Shown: one piece after another, positions 45,893-54,882 of the stretch
Numbering within the stretch: the stretch's first letter is position 1
Layout: each line of letters starts with the position of its first letter
DNA from: Gemmatimonadota bacterium
GTDB taxonomy: Bacteria; Gemmatimonadota; Gemmatimonadetes; Gemmatimonadales; Gemmatimonadaceae
Assembly (NCBI GenBank): GCA_040389905.1
Contig: JAZJZK010000005.1
Coordinates: 160,001-224,000, forward strand
Direction of reading: 5' to 3'
Length of the DNA: 64,000 bases
The notes under the pieces: model-generated
The model's input: the letters and a program-made list of their open reading frames with translations, nothing else
Database searches by the model: none
Told to the model about the DNA's origin: nothing
Position numbers and translations under genes: made by a program

Positions 45893-46641
45893 ACGCCCCG
45901 CTCGAACGGACGGTGCTCTGGCTGACGTGGAGGCAACTCTTCGCTCGGAAGCGCATCTACCTCGCGATCGCCTTCTCGCTGCTTCCGGTGATCTTCACGC
46001 TGGTTTTCCGCTTCATGGCCGAGGATCGCGAAGGGGCGCGGATGGACTTCTTCAGCGGTTTGAACCGCAACCTCATCCTGGGAACGCTCATCCCGCTCGC
46101 GGCCGCCGTATTCGGAACCACCGCCTTTGGCGGCGAAGTGGATGACGGCACGATCGTCTATCTGCTCGTGAAGCCGATTGCGCGGTGGCGGCTCGTGTTG
46201 TCGAAGTACGTGGTCGCGGTCCTCTCGACGATCGCGGTCATGATTCCCGCGATGGTGCTCCCGTGGTGGATCATGGAAGGCACAGAAGTGACGTACGACA
46301 TGCTGGTGGGATTCATCGCCGGTGGTGCGCTCGGCGTGTCGATCTATTGTGCGATCTTCCTGACCCTTGGACTGGCATCGAAGCGATCGCTGATCCTCTC
46401 CCTGCTGTACGTCATCGGTTTCGAGGCGGTACTTTCGCGGAGTCTCGTTGGCGTCAAGTCGCTGAGCGTGCGCGAGTTCTCCGTTGCGGCGTCGCTCGCC
46501 GCAAGCAACGAATCGCTCACGCTCAAGGAATACGTCGTTCCCATGTCCACCGTGTGGACGATGGGGACGATCTTCCTCGTCGGAGCGATCAGCCTTTGCC
46601 TTTGGAAGCTGTCGCGGTACGAGGTGGCGGAACGGGTTTAG
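45889..46641 (+). CDS. ABC-2 type transporter permease
   Basis: EVDDGTIVYLLVKPIARW..SK motif, about six TM helices. Confidence 0.9.
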   Translation: MNAPLERTVLWLTWRQLFARKRIYLAIAFSLLPVIFTLVFRFMAEDREGARMDFFSGLNRNLILGTLIPLAAAVFGTTAFGGEVDDGTIVYLLVKPIARWRLVLSKYVVAVLSTIAVMIPAMVLPWWIMEGTEVTYDMLVGFIAGGALGVSIYCAIFLTLGLASKRSLILSLLYVIGFEAVLSRSLVGVKSLSVREFSVAASLAASNESLTLKEYVVPMSTVWTMGTIFLVGAISLCLWKLSRYEVAERV

Positions 46642-47818
46642 GCATCGGTGGCGGTGCCTTGTCCTGGACCTTGAAGCGTACCAGGCCGGGCGTCTTTTTA
46701 TCGACGCCCCAGAGGTGGGAACGATTGACCGTGAGTGGAGTGAAGTTGGCGGGAATCTCCAGGCGCGCGATCGGCTCCCCGCGTTCGTCCAGCACCAACG
46801 CCTCTTGCGTCTGCGCTGAGTCACTGACAGGTCGCAGGAAGATCCACGTACTGTAGTCGTTCCCGATCAGTGCATTGGTCAGGAACGTCTTGAAGAACGG
46901 CGTCCGCTTTGCCAACTCGGCGTGGACCTGTTCCGCAGTCTGCTCGCCGTAGCCATTTCGTGACTTGATCGCGCTGTCGCGAGCCATCTGGGTGATCCGG
47001 ACCACGGGCATCGGATAGCGACGCGCGTAGATCGTGTCGCCATTCTCGTTGAGTGCGACGACGCGAACATTGCCGCTGTCCGTCGCGCTGACGGCCGGTT
47101 CGACAAAGGTGATCCGCTTCCCGTCGGGCGTGACGGACCAGAATCGCTGCGCATGGTAGGGAACGATCATCGTGTGCGGCGTCGCGCGCCCATTTCTGAG
47201 CGTGAGTCGTCCGCGGTCGTCGTCATCGAACTGGGCAACGTCTTTCCGGACCGCGCCACCGTTATCGACCCGGAGCAGGTGTGAGACCTTGCGGTTGAAG
47301 CCGGGCGTGTCGAACAGTGTTCGTGGGCTGAGCGGGATGACGAGCTTCGTGCTGTCCGGGTACACGGCGATGGTTTGCATGGACCCGAACAGCGGATACT
47401 TGCGGCGGTCGGCCCACTTCGGATGTACCCAGGTCGGATCGGGGATGTTGTTGATGATCTTCGCATCACGGTCGAGAATGACAACCTGCTTGAACCAGCC
47501 GTCGCTGACCCAGAGCTTGTCGCCGACCCATCCAATGCGCTCGATCCAACCGATTTCGCTTCGGTCGTTGTATTCCGCCTTGAGCTCCCACGCGAGCGGC
47601 TTGCCTGCGGAATCGTAGGCTTTCAGCGTGTTGCTATTCTTCTTCCCGACGATCGTGCGCCCATCGGGCCCAAGCAGGATCGATCCGACGGGCCAGAGCC
47701 ACTTCTTGTTGAGAATCGTGCTCTCGATGCGCAGGTCTTCCGCGAGGTAGCGCTTCGGGACGGTTTGCTGGGCGCTCGCGCTGAGGCTGACGGCGAGGAG
47801 AAGGATCAGAAATCGCAT
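46589..47818 (-). CDS. Exported beta-propeller-like hypothetical protein
   Basis: Signal peptide MRFLILLLAVSLSASAQ; beta-rich repeats (GPDGR, DKLWVSD, TPDGK); 3' end overlaps the convergent permease. Confidence 0.7.
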   Translation of the reverse strand: MRFLILLLAVSLSASAQQTVPKRYLAEDLRIESTILNKKWLWPVGSILLGPDGRTIVGKKNSNTLKAYDSAGKPLAWELKAEYNDRSEIGWIERIGWVGDKLWVSDGWFKQVVILDRDAKIINNIPDPTWVHPKWADRRKYPLFGSMQTIAVYPDSTKLVIPLSPRTLFDTPGFNRKVSHLLRVDNGGAVRKDVAQFDDDDRGRLTLRNGRATPHTMIVPYHAQRFWSVTPDGKRITFVEPAVSATDSGNVRVVALNENGDTIYARRYPMPVVRITQMARDSAIKSRNGYGEQTAEQVHAELAKRTPFFKTFLTNALIGNDYSTWIFLRPVSDSAQTQEALVLDERGEPIARLEIPANFTPLTVNRSHLWGVDKKTPGLVRFKVQDKAPPPMPKPVPPPRTATASKGKG

Positions 47819-47880
47819 ATCGTATGGTGGCCGGTAAGCGAGGCAGGCGCAACGATGATCTTTGGCTGAAGCAGCCCGCA

Positions 47881-50451
47881 TCATCGCTCTCGCGTCCAGA
47901 GCAGCAGCGTGCCGCATCCCGCGCCCGTCGCATTGTACTCCGGCGGTGCGACACCTCCGGAGGGATAGAACTCGAGGCCGGACAGTTCGCGAACCTGCAG
48001 CCGGTTTACATCCGGCGGATCCATACTTCCTTCGACGACAGAGTAGTACAGAACACCATCCATGTAGACCGTGACGTAACAGTCCGGCGACTCACACAGT
48101 CGGAGGACACGCCCCGAGCATTGCTTGCGGCTCGAGACCATGTACGTCTCGCCGTGCTTGCCAGGCACGAACATCATGCCAGACACGCGGCTCAAGATGA
48201 CGCTGCCGAGCACTTTCCCGTCTTCCCGCCTCAGCGCGCTGTCCGCCACGAAATAGCCGGCCACCTGACGCGCACGCCGTTCCTCGAAGCCGCGCAGCGC
48301 CGGAGACGCATACGCCGGCGACGCGACGGTGCGATTCGTATCGAGCAATGTGGCCTGCGAGGTGAGAACGAAATCATGCCTCGTCTCGACGCCGGCGCCG
48401 AGTGTGAGCGTGTCGCGCTCGAGGCGATATCCGATGCTGCGCGCCTGTGCGAACGCACGGCCCGGCGAGAGCCCATTCAGGCGAAACCGTCCGGACGAAT
48501 CCGTCGTGGCATGCCGGTCCAACGCGGGGAGCCAGATGTCGGCTCCGGCGATGGGCCCCCCATTATCACTCCGCGTGACTCGGCCAACGAGAACCGCCGC
48601 CTTGGGTGCGACGGCTCTCTCGAGCGCCCTCGCATCGACAGGCCAATCGACAACAATCACCGACGAGTCTGGTCGGACCAGCACGCGCATCTCCGCGTAG
48701 GATGCGTTCCCCTTGTTCAGCATCAGCAACACGACGTGGTGGTATGGAACTCCGCAAATCGAGAAGCGGCCTTGATCGTCGAGTTCGACTGTTTGTGTTT
48801 CCTGCTCGGAGATTGACTGCGGACGAAGCCACGCAGCCGTGACCTTTGCATCGCGGGGCAGTCGCACGCGCGTCGTGGTGTCCGTCACGCGTCCCATGAT
48901 GATTCCGGATGTTCCCACCGCGGGTGTCGACCCGCAGAGTGACCCCGCGATCTTGTCACGGGAGGGCATCATGATCGGCGGCTGCGTTGCATGACGCAAC
49001 GCCGTTGCCGTCGCCGGATCGCCGACTTCCAATTGTGCCAGCCGTTCCGCGCGCTGCCGCGCCTCGCTCATGGTGTTGCTCGATGTGGCGCCGAGCGTCG
49101 CAGCGACCGCTCCGCCGACCGTGGTCTCGAAGCTCCAGGATCGCGGGCCAATGAAGCGCGACAGCGAGGTGTCGATTACGGTTACTCGGTAGCGGCCGGG
49201 CACCCACGGTGAGAACTCGAAACGCCCGAGACTGTCGGTCGCGACGGTGTCCCCCGTTGCAGGGACGATGATGAGCGCGCCGACAATTGGCTTGCGCGTT
49301 CCCTCCTCCTGCACCGCGCCGAAAAGCGGTTGAAGCGAGAGCTGCCAGTGCACGTCGTCTGGCCAGGAGGCGCTCAGCACCACGCCTCCTGACGTTCCGA
49401 TCTGGCTATCAGGACTCTGTCGAAGCGTGACGCCTCGACTCGGCAGGCGCTGTCCACCATTTGTCGCGCCGCGCTGCACGATTCCCTGCATGACTGGGAT
49501 ATGCAGTTTCCATTCGTCGACGAACACCACACCGTTGGGCATCGTGCGGAAGTAGATGGCGCCGGCTGCGCCAGCGCGTTCCCACGCTGGATCGCCCCCC
49601 GTGTATCGATACTCGAGGGAGCGCAGCGACGGATTGGTTGACTCCATCCACAATGTGCCGCGCACGTCCATGAGCCGCTCTCGTCCGCGCGCGGGCTCGA
49701 AGCCGAGGCCTATGGCACCAGGGTGTGCGGCGTCGGGCGGTTGCACGCTGAAACAATGCGTCGCGGCGAAGCTGTCGTCGAGCAGGACATCGGCATCAGG
49801 GCCCTTGAACCAGCGACCATCCGCATTCTCCACGAGGTATCCCTGCTCGGCGAGCGCCGCCGGTGCGTCCGCGGCGACGAATGGGCGAGTGGTCCTTCCG
49901 GTTGCGAGGCGCGTGGCTTGCTGGAGGACGAGGCCACCGCGTGCCGTGACGCGCTCGTAGGTGAGATTCATTACCGTACTCGGATGCGATTCACGCGCGA
50001 CGATCGACGCGAGGAGTGCCGCGCGCGCTTGCTCCCACAACGAGAGCGCGTCCGTGCGATCGCGATCAGTCGAGCAGATGCGGTCGTCGTTGACAAAGCG
50101 CGTGGACAATAGCGAACCGACTTTCGTCAGCGCAAAGTCCAGCGTCGGACGTGCGGCGCGTGGTGTCGCCAAGGCGATGACGCGTGGCTGATACCCGATG
50201 CGCACGACACGTAGTTGTGTTGCCGACGCGGGCAGGTCAACCGAGTAGCGTCCGTCTTCGCCGGTGATGGCGCGCGACAACGCAATGCGATTCGCATCGA
50301 GCACGACGACAACGACGCCGGATAACGGCGCAACCGACCCCGTATCTCGCGCGATACCTGTGAGCCGCTGCGCGTTGGCGCTCGAAACGAACAAAAGGAG
50401 TGCCACGATAGTGGCACACCAGATCGTGATCCGGTCTCGGGTATCGGTCAT
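47881..50451 (-). CDS. Exported multi carboxypeptidase-regulatory-like (beta-sandwich) protein with C-terminal TonB-plug-like domain
   Basis: Signal peptide; repeated TDxxGRF / RIGY modules; C-terminal YMDG, LEFYP..PPEY, GCGTLLLWTR; no barrel. Confidence 0.78.
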   Translation of the reverse strand: MTDTRDRITIWCATIVALLLFVSSANAQRLTGIARDTGSVAPLSGVVVVVLDANRIALSRAITGEDGRYSVDLPASATQLRVVRIGYQPRVIALATPRAARPTLDFALTKVGSLLSTRFVNDDRICSTDRDRTDALSLWEQARAALLASIVARESHPSTVMNLTYERVTARGGLVLQQATRLATGRTTRPFVAADAPAALAEQGYLVENADGRWFKGPDADVLLDDSFAATHCFSVQPPDAAHPGAIGLGFEPARGRERLMDVRGTLWMESTNPSLRSLEYRYTGGDPAWERAGAAGAIYFRTMPNGVVFVDEWKLHIPVMQGIVQRGATNGGQRLPSRGVTLRQSPDSQIGTSGGVVLSASWPDDVHWQLSLQPLFGAVQEEGTRKPIVGALIIVPATGDTVATDSLGRFEFSPWVPGRYRVTVIDTSLSRFIGPRSWSFETTVGGAVAATLGATSSNTMSEARQRAERLAQLEVGDPATATALRHATQPPIMMPSRDKIAGSLCGSTPAVGTSGIIMGRVTDTTTRVRLPRDAKVTAAWLRPQSISEQETQTVELDDQGRFSICGVPYHHVVLLMLNKGNASYAEMRVLVRPDSSVIVVDWPVDARALERAVAPKAAVLVGRVTRSDNGGPIAGADIWLPALDRHATTDSSGRFRLNGLSPGRAFAQARSIGYRLERDTLTLGAGVETRHDFVLTSQATLLDTNRTVASPAYASPALRGFEERRARQVAGYFVADSALRREDGKVLGSVILSRVSGMMFVPGKHGETYMVSSRKQCSGRVLRLCESPDCYVTVYMDGVLYYSVVEGSMDPPDVNRLQVRELSGLEFYPSGGVAPPEYNATGAGCGTLLLWTRER

Positions 50452-50526
50452 AAGAGGATTCTACGACGTCTGCGAATGGCACGCCATACGACGTATCTTT
50501 CGCCACTCCTTCTGACCGCCGAGTCG

Positions 50527-52014
50527 ATGACAAGCCTTCACGACGTAGCGCTGACTGCATTGCGGGAAAACGGTTTCGTTCCAGCACTCGATGCTGACGC
50601 GGAGCGCGAGCTCGAGACCCTCGGACGGCCGAACTCCGGAACAGCAGGTGCAGGCCCATCGTTCCGCTCCGGGCGACCACACGAGCAGAATGTTCGAGAT
50701 TTACGCGACCTGCTCTGGAGTTCGATCGACAACGCGGAGTCGCGGGACCTCGATCAGATCGAATACGCGGAGCCGCTGGCTGGCGGTGATATCCGGCTGC
50801 TCATCGGCATTGCGGACGTTGACGTTCTCGTGGCGAAGGGCTCGGCCATCGACGCGCACGCCGCCGCGAACGGAACATCGGTCTATACCGGCGTCTCTGT
50901 CTATCCGATGTTGCCACCGGAAATCTCCACCGACTTCACATCGCTCAATGAGGGCGAGAGCAGGCACGTGCTCGTCATCGAACTCGTGATTGGCGCGGAC
51001 GGACCGGTGAAGTCGCACGACATCTACCGGGGCCTCGCGATCAACAAGGCGAAGCTTGCCTATGACGCGGTTGGCGCATGGCTGGAGGGGCGGGGCCCGG
51101 TACCGCCACGCGTGGCGAACACGCCGGGGCTCGAGGAGCAGTTATGGCTTCAGGACCGGGCGGCCAGCATGCTTAAGACGATGCGCCGGAATGCCGGCGC
51201 ACTCGAATTCGAGACGGTGGAGGCGAGTGCGACGGGCGCCGATGGCAAGGTGACGTCCATCGCGGTGACCAGGAAGAACCGCGCTCGAGACCTCATTGAG
51301 GACTTCATGATCGCCGCAAACGTCGCGATTGCGCAGTATCTCGCGGAGCAGGGCAGGTCGGCGATTCGGCGTGTGGTTCGCGAGCCGAAGCGGTGGCCTC
51401 GCATCGTTCAGATCGCCGCCACCTTTGGCGCGATCTTGCCTACCGAGCCCGATTCGAAATCGCTCGCCGAGTTTCTCGCGGCGCGTCGGGCCGCCGATCC
51501 ACTGCGCTATGCGGATCTTTCGCTGAGTATCGTCAAGCTGTTAGGGCCGGGCGAGTACGTGGTCGACCGGCCGGGGCCGTTCGATGACCAAGGGCACTTC
51601 GGCCTAGCCGCGAACGACTACACGCACGCGACGGCACCCAACCGCCGGTACGCCGATCTCGTTACGCAGCGACTCGTGAAGGCCACAATCGTCAAAGCGC
51701 CCGCGCCGTATTCCGACGACGAGCTCGACGTGATCGCGAAGCAGTGCACCGAACGAGAAAATGCCGCGAACAAAGTGGAGCGCATTGCTCGAAAGGCCGC
51801 GGCGGCACTGCTGCTCGCGGACAAGATCGGCCATGTGTTCGATGCGATCGTCACCGGTGTGAACGCGGGTGGCACGTATGTGCGCCTCTTGTCGCCGCCG
51901 GCGGAAGGGCGCGTCATGCGGCACCACGACGGGATGGACGTGGGCGAACGCGTGCGGGTAAAGCTGGTGCGCACGGACGCGGCGCACGGCTTTATCGACT
52001 TTGAGGGACTCTAG
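50527..52014 (+). CDS. RNB-domain exoribonuclease (RNase II/R family, short form)
   Basis: SIDNAESRDLDQ, IADV, LIEDFMIAAN, HFGL..YTHATAPNRRYADL, C-terminal S1-like domain. Confidence 0.93.
   Translation: MTSLHDVALTALRENGFVPALDADAERELETLGRPNSGTAGAGPSFRSGRPHEQNVRDLRDLLWSSIDNAESRDLDQIEYAEPLAGGDIRLLIGIADVDVLVAKGSAIDAHAAANGTSVYTGVSVYPMLPPEISTDFTSLNEGESRHVLVIELVIGADGPVKSHDIYRGLAINKAKLAYDAVGAWLEGRGPVPPRVANTPGLEEQLWLQDRAASMLKTMRRNAGALEFETVEASATGADGKVTSIAVTRKNRARDLIEDFMIAANVAIAQYLAEQGRSAIRRVVREPKRWPRIVQIAATFGAILPTEPDSKSLAEFLAARRAADPLRYADLSLSIVKLLGPGEYVVDRPGPFDDQGHFGLAANDYTHATAPNRRYADLVTQRLVKATIVKAPAPYSDDELDVIAKQCTERENAANKVERIARKAAAALLLADKIGHVFDAIVTGVNAGGTYVRLLSPPAEGRVMRHHDGMDVGERVRVKLVRTDAAHGFIDFEGL
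50648..50686 (+). repeat. Degenerate REP family A copy inside the RNB coding sequence
   Basis: 33 of 39 nt identical to 7747-7785 by manual alignment. Confidence 0.75.
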
Positions 52015-52054
52015 ACGCAATGCTGTTCAGTTAGGACTACAGCAAAGCAAAAGC

Positions 52055-52240
52055 TTACCGCAGAGGACGCAGAGGGCCATGCGCCCTCAGTGACCTCCCA
52101 TGCGCCGGACCGCAAAGGGGCGCAGAGGGACTACGAGAGAACTGGTGCCGCCAACCCCCTTCCGTAATCCTTTGCGCCCTCTGCGGTCCGGCGCACTGAT
52201 AGGTACACGGTGGGCAGAACCTCTGCGTCCTTTGCGGTAA
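52055..52240. repeat. Nested long inverted repeat (MITE/REP-like, family C)
   Basis: Outer arms TTACCGCAGAGGACGCAGAGG / CCTCTGCGTCCTTTGCGGTAA; inner arms TGCGCCGGACCGCA.. / ..TGCGGTCCGGCGCA. Confidence 0.85.
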
Positions 52241-52332
52241 AGCGTTGCTGGTGCTGTTCGGCTGGCGACAATCGAAAGCTAGAACCGCGGCCGGCGCGTT
52301 TTGACGCTAACTGAACCGTATCAACTCTAGAC

Positions 52333-52436
52333 CGGGGACAGGAAAACCACAGGTGCAGGCCCTTCGCGACGTCCCCTTCGTCGCTTGCGCTCCTCGAGGG
52401 CAGGCAGGCGATAAGACGAGCCCTGTCCCTGTCCCC
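52333..52436 (+). repeat. REP family A variant bracketed by GGGGACAGG / CCTGTCCCC
   Basis: GTGCAGGCCCTTCGC..GCGCTCCTCGAGG..GGCAGGCGA..ACGAGC resembles the 24556 variant. Confidence 0.65.
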
Positions 52437-54614
52437 TTAGTTCCCACCCGGATGATATGTCCGCTCGGTATGGCCCTTCAGTTGGTTCTTGTAGAAATAG
52501 ACATCGCGCAACTGGCCATTCGCATAGCGGGACGCCTGGTCGTTGAAGTGGGCGGACTTGACGTCGCCGCTCTCGCCACCCGCGGAGACTGCCTTGGCGC
52601 GAACGCTGTCGCCAAATTCCACGATGGCCAGGAAGCTGTTGCCGCTCGTCCCATACATCTTCTTCGTGCCGCGATACGTTCGCGCTCCGAACGACGCGAG
52701 CGACCCGAAACGCGCCGACGTGAAGGGCACAGGAATGCTTGGCCCAGCATCGTTGAACGGCTGCACGATGTCGCCAGTCAAACGTTGGAAACGGTTGATC
52801 TCACCCCAGGGCGTCTTCCACGTGCCGAAGTCCGCGGTGAGCTTGTCCGACGCAGTGGCAAGCGCCTGAAGCCGTTGCACCGGAGTGCTGCGTGACGCCA
52901 TGTACTCATCGACGTTGACACGAGCACGACGCGCCTCGGCGGCAACGGTGCGCTGCAGTTCCTCCACCCAGAACACGCCCAAAGACGTCGGCACGGACGC
53001 GGCGCCCCAATGGTAATCCCATCCACGCAGCGCGGCGATCTGGTCCGCAACCTTCGCCTTGAGCGGATTGTCAGAGGGCGTTTGATCGTATCCGGCAATG
53101 AGCGATGGAATGAGCTGCGCGAAGGTCGGCAGATAGCTGTCGAACGCCGCGGCGATCACGCCATCGGGCGTAAAATCCTTCTTGCCGCTGAGCACCCGGA
53201 TCGCATGAACGCCGCGTGCGTTTTCCTCCCCCGTTTCCATGTAGGCCGGGTAGTTCTCCTTCTTCGGGCTGCTCTCGCCCGCCGCGGTGAAGGGCCAGTT
53301 GTTCGTGTTGTAGAGCCACCCACTTTTTGGATTCAGCAGGTGCGGGCTCTCCTCGACGCCGTGGAGTCCCTTCCACTCCGTCGCGGGGTTGCTACCGTCC
53401 ACGGGTTTCGACCAATCGAACGACGTATCGCGCTTGGGAATGAAGTTGCCGTGGAAATACGCGATGTTGCCACCGGCGTCCGCGAAGATCGTGTTGTTCG
53501 ACGAGTTGGTGTGAAGGTCCATCGTCTTGCGGAATTCCTTGTAGCTCTTCGCCTTCGTGCGTGTGTACGACTGCGTGAGCGCCTTCACGGGCTCCTGCAT
53601 CATGCGGATGGCAACCCACTTGCCGTCCTGCTCGCGAATGACCGGGCCATGCTGCGTGCGATAGACGGTGAATTCCTTCTTCGCCATGCCGCCGGCAGCC
53701 TTGTACGGAACGACGATGACTTCGCTGCGCACGGGCTTTTCCGACTTCCCATAGGCGTAGACGTACTTGTCGCCCTTCCTCGTCACCGTCTCGAGGTACT
53801 CGTCGAGGTCGTCGACGTTGCTGGTCGTGTGCATCCAGCCGGCTTTGTCGTTGAAGCCCTGATAGATGAAGAATTGTCCCCACGTCATCGCCCCGTAGGC
53901 ATTCAAACCCTGCTCGCTCACCATCTGGACTTCAGAGCGGAAGAAGAAGGACGTGTGCGGATTGATCCACAGGAGCGCGCGATGGTTCGCGGTGTTCGAC
54001 GGCGCGATGGCAAAGCCATTCGAGCCGGACGGTTCCTTCGGCGCAGCGGCGGCCTCAGGGAGAGCGGCTGGCTTCGCAGCGGCCTTCCCGTAAAACGCCT
54101 CGAGGTCGCGGAGATTCACCTTCTCGATGTCGCCGCCGATGCTCCCTTCGCTGAACGAGAGGGCCATCCACGGCTCGAATTTCGTGATGACGCGCGGCTT
54201 CACGTCTGGATGTTTCGCGAGGTAGAAGTTGAGCCCGTCCGCCCAGGCGACCATGAGCGTCTTCAAGAACGCCGGACTGGTCTTGTACTTTGCCTTCAAC
54301 GAGTCCGGATCGATGAACAGCTTCATGCGAAGGTCGCGATACACCTCGGTCTCGCCTTCCGCCTCGGCGAGACGCCCCATCGAATTGATGAAGTTCGTTT
54401 CCACGCGATTGAAGTCGTCTTCGGCCTGCGCATACATCGTCCCGAACACCACGTCCGCGTCCGTCTTGCCGTAGACGTGCGCGATACCCCAATCGTCGCG
54501 AACGATGGTGACGCCCTTGGCGATTCGCTCCCACCTGGAGAGAGCGGGATCGGCGGCGTCGAGCGCCGGAGCTGCGATGACGAGCATCGCAGCAAGAAGG
54601 AGATGCCTATGCAT
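52437..54614 (-). CDS. Penicillin acylase / acyl-homoserine lactone acylase family (peptidase S45, Ntn hydrolase)
   Basis: Signal peptide; RDDWGIAHVYG, YAQAED, GSNGFAI (nucleophile Ser), NPH, NTNN, WGEINR. Confidence 0.93.
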   Translation of the reverse strand: MHRHLLLAAMLVIAAPALDAADPALSRWERIAKGVTIVRDDWGIAHVYGKTDADVVFGTMYAQAEDDFNRVETNFINSMGRLAEAEGETEVYRDLRMKLFIDPDSLKAKYKTSPAFLKTLMVAWADGLNFYLAKHPDVKPRVITKFEPWMALSFSEGSIGGDIEKVNLRDLEAFYGKAAAKPAALPEAAAAPKEPSGSNGFAIAPSNTANHRALLWINPHTSFFFRSEVQMVSEQGLNAYGAMTWGQFFIYQGFNDKAGWMHTTSNVDDLDEYLETVTRKGDKYVYAYGKSEKPVRSEVIVVPYKAAGGMAKKEFTVYRTQHGPVIREQDGKWVAIRMMQEPVKALTQSYTRTKAKSYKEFRKTMDLHTNSSNNTIFADAGGNIAYFHGNFIPKRDTSFDWSKPVDGSNPATEWKGLHGVEESPHLLNPKSGWLYNTNNWPFTAAGESSPKKENYPAYMETGEENARGVHAIRVLSGKKDFTPDGVIAAAFDSYLPTFAQLIPSLIAGYDQTPSDNPLKAKVADQIAALRGWDYHWGAASVPTSLGVFWVEELQRTVAAEARRARVNVDEYMASRSTPVQRLQALATASDKLTADFGTWKTPWGEINRFQRLTGDIVQPFNDAGPSIPVPFTSARFGSLASFGARTYRGTKKMYGTSGNSFLAIVEFGDSVRAKAVSAGGESGDVKSAHFNDQASRYANGQLRDVYFYKNQLKGHTERTYHPGGN

Positions 54615-54738
54615 AGAATGGCTCGGTGTGCGTAGCGAGGTGGCCGATTACGTCCCCTCGGAAGATGCGGCGAAATAACATCGTTTGCCAGAGCGCCGGC
54701 GGCATTGTTGCCGCAATCTCGATCGGCGATTTGCGACG

Positions 54739-54882
54739 CTACACGCCGTCGTCGTGGAGCATTCGAACGGCAGGGGTATCGAGGTCATCCAATTGCCCCG
54801 TCCTCGCGGACCAGATGTAGGCGACCACCGCGATCGCCACGATGAACAGGGCGAGGGGAAGCACGATGAAGATGACGCTCAT
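54739..54882 (-). CDS. ccoS: cbb3-type cytochrome oxidase maturation protein
   Basis: TM helix then WSARTGQLDDLDTPAVRML; last gene of cco operon. Confidence 0.9.
   Translation of the reverse strand: MSVIFIVLPLALFIVAIAVVAYIWSARTGQLDDLDTPAVRMLHDDGV

Noticed and set aside
7101..52421. CRISPR array suggested by recurring 35-40 nt palindromic repeats
   Set aside because: Copies are dispersed, in both orientations, not regularly spaced by unique spacers, and no cas genes are present.
53010..54635. Long antisense ORFs (e.g. 53010-54635, 4408-5661, 17319-18758, 34761-36086)
   Set aside because: They mirror well-supported genes on the other strand, as expected from stop-codon scarcity in high-GC DNA, and carry no recognisable motifs.
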